A stretch of 64,000 bases of DNA, taken from Candidatus Poribacteria bacterium (GTDB lineage Bacteria > Poribacteria > WGA-4E > JAJDTR01). Shown piece after piece: positions 20,586-30,609 of this stretch. The stretch spans positions 4,832,001 through 4,896,000 of the forward strand of contig CBDCTK010000002.1 in NCBI GenBank assembly GCA_965222225.1. Reading direction: 5' to 3'. The position numbers and the translations under genes were made by a program. How positions within the stretch are numbered: the first letter of the stretch is position 1; every line of letters begins with the position of its first letter. Below the pieces are notes generated by a model, which searched no databases, had not been told where the DNA came from, and saw only the letters and a list, made by a program, of their open reading frames with translations.

Positions 20586-21920
20586 CTGTTAGGAACAACC
20601 TCAATTTTTGAGGAGAAGTATCGCGCGGCAAGCCCGCGGTCCAAAGCGTATTTTGAACGCGCCCAGTCGGTTATGCCGGGCGGAGTTAAAGGAGCATATT
20701 ATTACTGTCCGTACCCGCTGTCAATGGAGCGAGGTGACGGATGTTATCTGTATGATGTTGATGGCAGGCGGTATATTGACTTCACCAACCATCACACCGC
20801 GCAGATTTTGGGGCACAATCACACGGTGGTGAACAGTGCGATCAAAGCACAGGTGAGTCGGGGCATCGCTCTCGGAGCTCCAACAGGAATTGAGGTTGAG
20901 TTGGCGGAAGAAATGTGTAGGCGTGTGCCATCGTTAGATTGCATCCGCTTCTGCAACTCTGGCACGGAAGCAACACTGCACGCCATCCGCTTGGCGCGCG
21001 CATTCACCGGACGCCCCAAAATAGCAAAGTTCGAGGGGGCATATCACGGCAGCCACGATGCGGTCGAAATCAGTAAATCAGTGTTTCACCGCCGTTGGAG
21101 AAGGCAGGCCCCAAGTCTGCACCTACAGCAGTCGCCTCCGCTGCCGGTATCACCCCTCATGCGGTTGACGAAATCGTTATCCTTCCGTACAACGATGAAG
21201 CCGCTGTTGAACGCCTCATCACTGACCATCGAAATGAGTTGGCTTGTGTCCTTTTTGACCCAAAACCTCATGCTATTCCTCAGCGAGCAGGATTCGTTCA
21301 ATTCCTTGAGGAGATTTTGCGAAAGAACAATATTATCTTCATACTTTGAGATTGTGAGTTTTCGACTCGCACCGGGCGGTTTCCAAGAACTTTGTGGAAT
21401 TACTCCCGATTTGACAACGTACGGCAAGATTATCGGTGGTGGATTCCCGGTTGGCGGTTTGGGCGGTCGAGCGGAGGTTATGGAGTTGTTAGATAGTACC
21501 GGTCGAGGACGGGGCGGCTTGTTTCAGAGCGGTACTTTCAGCGCCCATCCTGTCGTAATGGCTGCCGGTTTAGCTACACTGCAACAATTAACAGCGGATG
21601 CCTATGCACACCTCGACTGCTTGGGCGAACGATTACGTGATGAATTCGAAAATCTTTTCGCGCGCAAGCAGATTTCTGCGCAAGTGGTGGGGATGGGTTC
21701 ACTATTTAGCATCCATTTTCTTGACGGAGAGATTCGGAACTATCGAGATTTGGCTCGAAAGAATTCCGCTATGGCGTACAATATCTTCCTTTCATTATTG
21801 GACAAGGAGTTTTTCTTGAATTCTAGCTTGGACTTTAACGCGCTTTCGTTACCGATGCAGGAGCGCCAGGTGGACGAATTGGTCGGTGCCGTTGAATGTG
21901 CCGTGGAGCAATTCGCATAG
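20586..21920 (+). pseudogene. Class III aminotransferase with two compensating frameshifts
   Basis: 8-bp tandem duplication AAATCAGT near 21067-21082 and a 2-bp loss near 21346. The true middle segment (PLEKAGP...LPYND...LACVLFDP) lies in the 21095-21349 frame. The only start after the GAGGA SD is CTG 20586. Confidence 0.8.
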
Positions 21921-21988
21921 GTTTTGTATGGAATCTCTCTAGATATGGAGTAAAAAGGCAACCTAAAAGTAAGAAGGATTCGTATAGT

Positions 21989-22765
21989 TTGGATGGATTG
22001 AACTTCGCGCCCAAAGTTCCAGTGTTTGACGCTAACGTCGGGGTCGGCCACCAATTTAATCAACCCGCACCGTTTGATGATGCCGCCGGTCTCCTTCATG
22101 AGATGCAGCGTCATGGCGTTGACCGTGCTTTAATCTATCATGTTCAAGGCGAATCCATCAGCGGTTTGGATGGAAACGAGGCACTTGCCGCTTGGGCTGA
22201 GGGGAACTCACAGTTCAATCTACAGTGGACGGTTGGTCCTAGGTAGGATTCGTTAAGGCAGTTGCAGGATTTCCATGTGGATGGGTTAGTCAACAGTGCC
22301 CGTATAAATAGTACGCGATCCGGGAGTTCGGCTGTAGAACTTCCCTTTGTGGAGTGGCTCTATGGCGATCTGCTCGAATGGCTGCAAGCAGAGGGGGCGC
22401 CGTTATGGATTTCACTTGCGGACACACCGGCTACCGAGATAATGTCAACGCTAAAGCGCTTTCCAGATCTCGTGACCGTGCTGCTTGGGGCACATTATAC
22501 CCACGCCCTACTTGTACACCCCCTTCTCAAGCATCTGCCGAACGCTCATTTGGAGTTAAGCCGCTACGAAGTTCAGGGAGGTGTTGAAGCGTTGAAGGGT
22601 GAGTTTGGCGTGGAACGGCTAATTTACGGGTCGTTCTACCCGCGCTATGCCATGGGACCGATGCTCTACGCATTGCACCACATGGACCTGACCGAGACGG
22701 AGTTGTCAGCCATCTGCGAGGGCAATCTCAAGCGAGTGTTAGGAGAGGAGACGGTCAATGATTGA
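21989..22765 (+). pseudogene. Amidohydrolase-fold protein with in-frame TAG at 22244-22246
   Basis: ORFs 21896-22246 and 22262-22765 share a frame; motifs VFDANVGVG, HGVDRAL, ERLIYGSFYP, GNLKRVL. Confidence 0.75.
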
Positions 22766-23513
22766 TGGCGCAACAGTAATAGACTTCCACGGGCATGTAG
22801 GACGCTGGGAGTATTTGGGAATGTTGGACAACCCAAGTCCAATGCTGCGGGCAATGAATGCGGTAGGAATCGATCGAGCCCGTGTATTCAATGTCTTCCA
22901 CCCCGACGGAACGCGCGCCAATGATTGCACAGCCGCCTTTGTGGCGAAACATCCGGACCGATTTATCGGTTTCGCCTACGTTTCCCCCTTGATTTCGGAA
23001 CGGATGGTTCCCGAACTAGATCGCGCGATAGACACGTTGGGGTTTTCCGCCATAAAGATCTATCCAATCTACACCCCCTACCGCCTTAACCATCCGGCGT
23101 GGCACCCGGTTTATCAGTTCGCCCATGAACGCGAACTGACCATCATTTCCCATACGAGTAGTCAGCCAGATACCACCGAGCCCAAATATTTGGGTGACGC
23201 CGCAGCATTGTTCCCTAATGCGAAATTCGTCGCTGCACACGCGGGAAATACCGAGCCGGGGCGTCGTCAGGCGATACAGGCGTGCCGAAATCATCCGAAT
23301 TTTTTCGTGGAGACTTGTTCAACATTTCGTACGCCTGGTGTAATTGAAGAACTGGTTGCAGAGGCTGGCGCTGATCGGATACTCTATGGGTCGGATATGC
23401 TGCTGATAGATTGCCGGTCTCAAATCGGCAAGATCATTGCCGCCGATATTGGTGATGACGCCAAGCACATGATATTAGGAGAGAATACCAAGCGTTTGTT
23501 AAGATTAAACTAG
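22758..23513 (+). CDS. Amidohydrolase_2 family protein
   Basis: IDFHGH, IKIYP, AAHAG, ILYGSD, ILGEN. Confidence 0.9.
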   Translation: MIDGATVIDFHGHVGRWEYLGMLDNPSPMLRAMNAVGIDRARVFNVFHPDGTRANDCTAAFVAKHPDRFIGFAYVSPLISERMVPELDRAIDTLGFSAIKIYPIYTPYRLNHPAWHPVYQFAHERELTIISHTSSQPDTTEPKYLGDAAALFPNAKFVAAHAGNTEPGRRQAIQACRNHPNFFVETCSTFRTPGVIEELVAEAGADRILYGSDMLLIDCRSQIGKIIAADIGDDAKHMILGENTKRLLRLN

Positions 23514-23604
23514 ATGGACTCCGCTTATTGATTGTGGACGCGGAAAATCAGAAACTGTTCTTGCCACCGAGATTTGGCTTACTTTAGGCTTTTCGGTTGA
23601 TAAA

Positions 23605-23835
23605 ATGAAGATTTTGCTTATTCGTTGGACGCTTTATTTAGCACTTATTGTTCTATATTTGCTTCATAAAGATTTTTGGTTTTGGCGTAACCCTATGCTA
23701 ATACTGGGATTACCCGTCGGATTGGTCTACCATATTGCATTCTGTGTCGTGGTCACTGTTTTGATGGCACTATTAGCTAAGTACGCTTGGCCCTCCCATC
23801 TAGAGATTGAGGAGGAGGACACAGTAGACAAATGA
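23605..23835 (+). CDS. DUF3311-like small membrane partner of an SSS transporter
   Basis: Two transmembrane segments, LHKDFWFW..P.LILGLP; overlaps the SSS start (ATGA). Confidence 0.75.
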   Translation: MKILLIRWTLYLALIVLYLLHKDFWFWRNPMLILGLPVGLVYHIAFCVVVTVLMALLAKYAWPSHLEIEEEDTVDK

Positions 23836-25316
23836 CAATTTTTGTAATCTTCACATATCTCGCCTTAGTGTTAATCGTCGGCACCGCAGGCCACAGGTTT
23901 TTTCGCGGTACCGGAGAAGACTATTTCGTTGCCAGTCGCAGTATTGGACCATTTGTCCTACTGATGTCTCTCTTCGGGACAAACATGACAGCATTTTCCA
24001 TCCTTGGTGCCTCCGGCGAAGCTTATCACAAAGGGATAGGGGTGTTCGCTTTAATGGGATCATCTTCGGCACTCATCATTCCGACCATCTTTTTCTTTGT
24101 GGGCACCAGATTGTGGGCGATTGGCAAAAGGCACGGTTATCTCACGCAAGTTCAATACATCCGAGAACGGTGGAACTCGGATGCTCTAGGACTGCTGCTT
24201 TTTGCCGTTTTGGTTGCGCTCGTCGTCCCGTATCTGCTGATTGGCGTAATGGGAGGCGGGGATACCCTTGCAATTATCACTGACGGTCAAATTCCCAAAT
24301 GGGTTGGCGGGTTGCTTGTTTGCGGCGTGGTTGTTATCTACGTCTGCTTTGGCGGGATGCGCGGGACCGTTTGGGTGAACACGCTTCAAACACTCGTATT
24401 CATGACCTTGGGCGCCGTGACCTTTTTTACAATTGTGGGCAAGATGGGTGGTCTGTCGAGTGCCATTGCCAGAGTGGACAGAGATTTGTTGATGCAAGCC
24501 AACCGTATAAGACCTCTAGAGTTGATAACATATATCTTCATTCCAATCTCGGTGGGGATGTTCCCGCACATATTCATGCATTGGCTCACAGCGAAGAGTG
24601 CGCGAACATTTCGCTATCCAATCATATTCTATCCCGTGTGCGTCGCGGTTGTGTGGATTCCGAGCGTGTTGCTTGGCGTTTTAGGAAGTGGCGATATTAC
24701 TGGACTCAAGGGACCACAAGCCAATTCAATCCTGGTTCAGCTAATCTCGCGGTACGCCCCTGGGATACTGGCGGGATTCTTGGCTGCCGGCGTTTTCGCG
24801 GCTATCATGTCGTCTCTGGACTCACAGACACTTGCAATCGGGAGTATGTTTACTCACGACATCGTGCGGCACTACGGCTTCCATAACCAGATGAGCGAGA
24901 AACACCAAGTCTTGGTCGGACGACTCTTTGTAGTGGGGTTGCTTGCCATTACCTACGTTTTATCCTTGGGATCCAATCGCAGCATCTTCAAACTTGCAGT
25001 GTGGTCATTTACCGGATTCGCGTCGCTTTTTCCTGTTTTGCTGGCGGCTCTTTTTTGGAAGCGCAGTACCAAACACGGTGCGTTCGCTTCGATTGTGAGT
25101 GTTGTGGTTCTCTGGACGTTCTTTTTTCTTCGAGGTTGGCAAAGACCCGGTTACAGGATAGGTGACTCCGGAATCATGCCGGTAACGGTTGTGTTCGCGG
25201 TTTCCGCCCTTGCGATGATTATCGTGTCACTTATGACGAAGCCGCCGGATGTCAACATCCTCCGCAAGTTCTTCCCCATGTCTTCCCAGATGGAGTCAAG
25301 TGATATTAATACTTAG
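23832..25316 (+). CDS. Sodium:solute symporter (SSS)
   Basis: EDYFVASRSIG, GGMRG, AAIMSSLDS; about 13 transmembrane segments. Confidence 0.92.
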   Translation: MTIFVIFTYLALVLIVGTAGHRFFRGTGEDYFVASRSIGPFVLLMSLFGTNMTAFSILGASGEAYHKGIGVFALMGSSSALIIPTIFFFVGTRLWAIGKRHGYLTQVQYIRERWNSDALGLLLFAVLVALVVPYLLIGVMGGGDTLAIITDGQIPKWVGGLLVCGVVVIYVCFGGMRGTVWVNTLQTLVFMTLGAVTFFTIVGKMGGLSSAIARVDRDLLMQANRIRPLELITYIFIPISVGMFPHIFMHWLTAKSARTFRYPIIFYPVCVAVVWIPSVLLGVLGSGDITGLKGPQANSILVQLISRYAPGILAGFLAAGVFAAIMSSLDSQTLAIGSMFTHDIVRHYGFHNQMSEKHQVLVGRLFVVGLLAITYVLSLGSNRSIFKLAVWSFTGFASLFPVLLAALFWKRSTKHGAFASIVSVVVLWTFFFLRGWQRPGYRIGDSGIMPVTVVFAVSALAMIIVSLMTKPPDVNILRKFFPMSSQMESSDINT

Positions 25317-25327
25317 CCGATTTGAGC

Positions 25328-26110
25328 CTAGTCCATGCAGTCGTCGTCTGGATTGACCGCTTGAAATCCCAGCAACTTTTCCAGTCCTTGGTGCATGAGG
25401 TTGTTGACCACCTTTTCTGTTAGACCCCGGTTGAAGATTACGACTTCATCGACAACTCCTTCCATGCCGTGACTTGCACCACCCGGGCCCATGGCTCCGA
25501 TGTGTAATCGCTCGGTGGGGTGAAAAGCCGGAGCTTGTCCTCCGAATGGCGCCTTGCCGTAGGCTACCCCGTCCACATACTGTATAAGGTCTCTCCCGTC
25601 ATTAGTGCCTAAAGTGCGATGCCATTTGCCATCCGTTATCTGTATACCGCGAACTTGAACATCATTGAACGGGTTGGTTGTCGTAAATCCAACGGTCACC
25701 TGATCGCGCATCCACATCGGATAGTTTCGGGTTCTATTCGCGAACCAGTTTTCTTTGCTGACTATCATATTACAACAGTCTCCGATGAGATTTTCGGTCT
25801 TTACCCATGCGCCAATAGCAAACTCTTGAAGATCTATATCGTCTGAATGTGGAATCGTGACAGCATGTTAGCTTCCCCCTGCCTTCCCTACCTGAAGCCC
25901 GCTCCCCAAACTCCTTCCGCCCATTTCGGCCCCTGCCAGAGCTAACGATCATTCCGATTTCCATAGACGTCTTTTAAGATTCCATTTGCCACTTGGCCGA
26001 TTTTACTAACTTCCTGCGCAAACGTAAACGCCATAAGGACATCATCCTGCTTAATGGCGCCTTGGGCGAATGGCGAGGTTGTGATAAAAACATGAAGCTC
26101 CACAGCATTA
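25328..26110 (-). pseudogene. LamG-like jellyroll protein pseudogene
   Basis: Fragments across frames: KDVYGNRND, GPKWAEG, VTIPHSDDIDLQEFAIGAWVK, DGKWH, YVDG, GVVDEVVIFNRGL; several stops. Confidence 0.75.
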
Positions 26111-26167
26111 AAATTATTGTATATTTCGGCATTACAATGCCCCCCTTCCGTAGGCTTCAATTAGATT

Positions 26168-26360
26168 GAGGCTTACGCAAACACCTAGACACGAACGATG
26201 AAAAGGTGTAAAATACGCCAAACGGAGGCGATTGTGGCTAAACCCGATCCGACTCGAATTGACTTCCGGTCAATACCATCTCAACAGCACAATTTATTTT
26301 ATCTTAACCTCGAATGGCAACCACGTCGGATTTCTCAGTCATGATATGGTAACTGTTAAT
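26168..26360 (+). mobile_element. Remnant of an IS701-like element (left end plus transposase N-terminus)
   Basis: GAGGCTTACGCAA end-like motif; GGAGG SD and GTG 26234. With one frameshift it reads PTRIDFGQYHLNSTIYFILTSNGNHVGFLSHDMV, resembling IS701 N-termini (TRLDYCQYLLSSQINYTLT..DH...SHD). Confidence 0.5.
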
Positions 26361-26600
26361 CGGCACAGGGTTGAAATGTGTTAGAAATCATCAAATCACC
26401 GAGTTCTCCTCTGTTCAATTAAGGTAGACACATAAAAATCAAAGGGTTCCCCAGAGATCACACGATAAAGTAATTTCGGTTGGCGTCTTCTACCGAACAC
26501 GCAGATTATATCGCAATTAACGGTTTAACTCAAAACAACTCTTCTACAGTGACTCCGTGACAGGCAGTAAAAGAGCAAATCGCCGAATTGCCAACATTTA

Positions 26601-26812
26601 GAGCCTGTTTGAAAAGTACAGTTTGTAGGGTGCGCACTGCGCACCAGCCTCTAAAATCCCCCCACAGGGGCGGAAGGTGTGTAGAAACACCGAATCCCTG
26701 CGTACCTAAGCCCCAGCGGGGCGACAGGTATATAGCGGGCAAATACACAAACATGAAAAACTGTCTTCAAATGACTAAAAATAGCTTTGCTGCCGACTAT
26801 TCAAACAGGTTC
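26601..26812. mobile_element. MITE-A, 212 bp, with the same TIR as the IS at 13178
   Basis: GAGCCTGTTTGAAAAG...CTATTCAAACAGGTTC with TTA on both sides; internal REP-like GTAGGGTGCGCACTGCGCACC (26625-26645). Confidence 0.85.
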
Positions 26813-26815
26813 TTA

Positions 26816-27106
26816 GCTCGACTTTGTACAAAATACAACGGTTGGGTTGTACGGAAAGCCGTACAACACCAAACCCGTAGGCGGGGATCAACCGAGCGGA
26901 TAGCGAGGGCGATAGAGATCCCCTTGCCCCGCCAAGCAACACCGAAATTCGAGTGACACCCAACACGTTATCTGCATGATACTGGAAACCGCTGCCGACT
27001 TTTTCAATGGTCTGCCAAAAAGCCGAGAGAATCAAAATCTCCTTCGCGTTTCGACAACACTTGATTATCGCTGCTTGCTATGTCTCTAAAATGTACAAAG
27101 TCGAGC
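26816..27106. mobile_element. MITE-B, 291 bp
   Basis: Perfect 15-bp TIR GCTCGACTTTGTACA (26816-26830) / TGTACAAAGTCGAGC (27092-27106), with TTA at 26813-26815 and 27107-27109. Confidence 0.85.
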
Positions 27107-27153
27107 TTAGGTATTCAATGACGTAAGTTCAAAATATTTCAATAGACCGTACA

Positions 27154-28891
27154 ATGTGCTCATTTCACTACGCGCAAATCAGAACACAGATTTTCGGTTG
27201 GCCCTCAAGACTGATTCTAATCGGTCTCTTGGCATTATCCTGCTCAGGAGTCGCCCAAGGGCAACTCGAGATCGACCTCATTGAGACAGTAACACAAGCC
27301 AAGCAAGCTGTTGATGAGAATCCGACATCAACAGCCGCGCACCTGAATCTCGGTTTTGCCTATTTGGAACTTGGTTCTATGCAGCAGGCTAAGACTGAAT
27401 TTGAGAGTGTCGTACGCCTCGATCCGCATGCCCCTGGCGGATAATACTTGGTTGGGAGGTGTGTATTTCCTGCAAGCAAGATATGAAGAAGCCATTGATG
27501 TCTTCCAGCGAGCGCTTGAAAAGTTGCCGGACTGGAACGTGGCGTACCACGCTTTGGGGATGTCACATTTCGAACGGCACAATCATGATGCGGCGGAGAT
27601 TGCCTTCAACAAAGCGCTGGGACTTATGCATAAGTCCGAATTACCCAAATATGAGGTGCCATTATCATCATTCGGTACAGGGGGCTACGGATGGAGTATC
27701 AAGCCCTCTCCAGCCAATGCCTTCTACTTTCTCGGTCTTATCGCATCACATCGCGGTAGTATCAATGAAGCCAAGGCATATTGGCAACAAGCTATTGAAA
27801 TGGGCACTCCACTAGCTGAGGTATATTTCGAACTAGGGGTCGCATACAATAAAGATGGACAATGGGAGAACTCGGTACGCGCCCTGCGCGAGGCAATTCG
27901 GCTACGGCCCGAAATGCCCGCGGCGCACTATCAGATGGCACGAGCGTATCTTAAGTTAGGTAAAATGACCGATGGAAAGAGAGAATTAGAGGAATTTCGA
28001 CGTCTTAAAGCTGCTTATGCCGAGTTGAATGCGCAACATACTATGATTAGACAGGCTCCGGACACAGCTATAACCCTCTTTAGACTGGCTAGAAGATATA
28101 TGCAGAAGGAAAAGTATGCCGAAGCTAGTCGGGAATTCCAGAAAGCGCTCTGGCATAATCCGTGCCTCGCGGAGGCGTACATTGGATTAGGTCATGCTTA
28201 TACTGGGCTGGGACGCCTTGACGACGCCCTTGAAGCACAACAGAAGGCAATTCAGCTAGAACCGAACATGGCAGAGGCTCACATCATCAAAGGGATAATC
28301 TTGCTTAAACGAGCTGAAAAATCCCAGACCAAATCTGACTATGAGCGTGCTCTTTCAGCCTGCCGCAAAGGAATCGAACTAAACCCTAAGCTACAAGTTC
28401 CAATCCTTATCCGCGTTGCGCTCGGAAAAGCCTACCTCCAAGAAGGCAAACTCACCCAAGCGAGTCGTCAATTTGAAGAGATACTCAAAACCGATTCGAA
28501 CTTCGGTGACGCATACTTCTACTTGGGGGCTATCCACCTCGGGCAGCATGAATATGAGAAGGCAGAGAGCGCCTACCATCACGCCATTAAGCTAGACCCA
28601 TCTTCAGCTAAAGCGTACGAGCGACTCGCACATCTGTATGGAATCCGTGGAATCCATCTTGATAAAGCAATACAACTGGCAGAAAAAGCGGTCGACCTCA
28701 AGCCCGACTCCGCAGCGTGTTACAATACGCTCTCGTGGCTCCATTTCCTCAACAAAGACTATGAGGAAGCGGAAACATCCGTTAAAAAAGCGTTGGTGCT
28801 GCAACCTGACAATTATCTCTATAGCGAAGGCCTGAAAGCCATCCAGCAAGCTAGACAAGCCGAGAACGAGGAAAAAAAGGACGGAAAGTGA
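27154..28891 (+). pseudogene. Exported multi-TPR protein, frameshifted near 27442
   Basis: Signal peptide and TPR in 27154-27444; TPR array in 27356-28891. GGATAATACTTGG restores GGYTWLG if one A is removed (real lesion or sequencing error). Confidence 0.75.
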
Positions 28892-30609
28892 GCGGTCGAA
28901 CTCAAGTGCATGTATTTATCGGGCATCACACGGTACACTTGATGTTCCGTTCTTCATGTCTCAGAAAGTGCGTAACCTGCTTGGTAGTTCTCTGTTTTTC
29001 GAGTGTTTTCGTAGACGCACAATTGAGATTCACAGATGTCACTGCGAGAACAGGCATCCGTTTTCGTCATGAAGATGGTCGAAGTGGCGCGCGCTATTTT
29101 CTCGAAACTCTCGGAGCGGGCGCCGCATGGTTTGATTACGATCAAGACGGAGATATTGACATCTATTTTGTCAATGGAGCAGACCTTCCCGGTAGGGAGT
29201 CGGATGTTACTCCAACAAATGAACTCTATCGCAATGATGGCGGGGGCATTTTTACTGATGTGACCGATAAAGCGGGTGTGGGAGACATGGGATACGGTTT
29301 CAGTTGTGCCGTGGGAGATTACGATAACGACGGATTTCCCGATCTTTACATCACAAATTTTGGGCGGAACGCCCTATATCGAAACAATGGCGATGGTACT
29401 TTTACTGATGTGACGATGCCATCGGGAGTCGGAGATTCATCGTGGGGTGCCTCAGCCGCTTTTGCCGATTATGACAACGACGGACACCTCGACTTATTTG
29501 TCGCCAATTACGTGCAATTCGATATCGAGAACAATCCGAAGTGTGGTACGATAGGTATACGAACGCACTGTGGCCCCGGTGCTTTTCAAGGAACGGCAAG
29601 TGTACTGTATCGAAATAATGGAGATGGTACCTTTTCTGATGTTACCGAGGATGCTGGCGTGTGGAACCCCAACGGAAAAGGGATGGGCGTCAATTGGTGT
29701 GACTACGATAACGATGCCGATCTCGACCTCTTTGTCGCCAATGATAAGGTCGAAGACTGGTTATATCGCAACGACGGGGATGGTACATTCAAAGATGTCG
29801 GACTCACTAGCGGAGTTGCACTCAACGAGATGGGAGCGCCCTACTCCAGCATGGCGCCTGTCTTTGGCGACATTGATAACAACGGCTGGTTCGATCTGGC
29901 GATCACGAACTTCCAAGACGAACCCAATAGCGTCTACTATAATGATGGAGACGGTTTTTTCTCCGATATCACCTATCGCTCGGGCATCGGTGCGCCAAGC
30001 CTGACACGTCTCACTTGGGGCGCAGACTTCGCGGACCTAGACAACGACGGTTGGCTAGACCTCTTCGTGGTAACGGGACACTTAGAAGAGAATGTACATC
30101 TCCTCAATCCAACGACCACATACCCGCAACAAAATCAGCTTTTTTCGAACCGGGGAGATCGCACATTCGACGACGTTTCCGATTCATCGGGCGGCGGATT
30201 GTTGCTGAAAAAAGTGAGCCGTGGTGTAGCTTTTGGAGATTACGACAATGACGGAGACGTTGATATTCTTGTCACCAACTCTTACCAGACCCCAGATCTT
30301 CTACGGAATGACACTGCCAACCAGAATCACTGGCTGGTTTTCGCTACGGTTGGCACGCGGAGCAACCGTAGCGGAATTGGGGCCCGCGTTAAGGTAACGG
30401 CAAGCGGAACCGTACAGATGCGCGAGGTCAAGAGCGGCGGGAGCTATCCGTCTCACAGCGACATGCGGTTGCATTTTGGGCTAGGTGAATCCGGCGTGGC
30501 TGCGCACGTTGAAATCCGCTGGCCAAGCGGTTTGATTGAACACTATGAGGGTGTTGAGACTGACCAATTCCTGATAGCAACGGAAGGCGAAGGCTTGAGA
30601 AAGCCCTGA
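28888..30609 (+). CDS. CRTAC1-family protein (FG-GAP/VCBS repeats plus ASPIC-UnbV domain)
   Basis: Repeated DYDNDG..DL, YRNNGDGTFTDVT; C-terminal SNRSGIGARV, LHFGLG, IRWPSG. Confidence 0.92.
   Translation: MSGRTQVHVFIGHHTVHLMFRSSCLRKCVTCLVVLCFSSVFVDAQLRFTDVTARTGIRFRHEDGRSGARYFLETLGAGAAWFDYDQDGDIDIYFVNGADLPGRESDVTPTNELYRNDGGGIFTDVTDKAGVGDMGYGFSCAVGDYDNDGFPDLYITNFGRNALYRNNGDGTFTDVTMPSGVGDSSWGASAAFADYDNDGHLDLFVANYVQFDIENNPKCGTIGIRTHCGPGAFQGTASVLYRNNGDGTFSDVTEDAGVWNPNGKGMGVNWCDYDNDADLDLFVANDKVEDWLYRNDGDGTFKDVGLTSGVALNEMGAPYSSMAPVFGDIDNNGWFDLAITNFQDEPNSVYYNDGDGFFSDITYRSGIGAPSLTRLTWGADFADLDNDGWLDLFVVTGHLEENVHLLNPTTTYPQQNQLFSNRGDRTFDDVSDSSGGGLLLKKVSRGVAFGDYDNDGDVDILVTNSYQTPDLLRNDTANQNHWLVFATVGTRSNRSGIGARVKVTASGTVQMREVKSGGSYPSHSDMRLHFGLGESGVAAHVEIRWPSGLIEHYEGVETDQFLIATEGEGLRKP

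Noticed and set aside
26530-27035. ORFs 26588-26956, 26530-26754 and 26775-27035 (and 57291-57650)
   Set aside because: They are chance frames across MITE/REP DNA.
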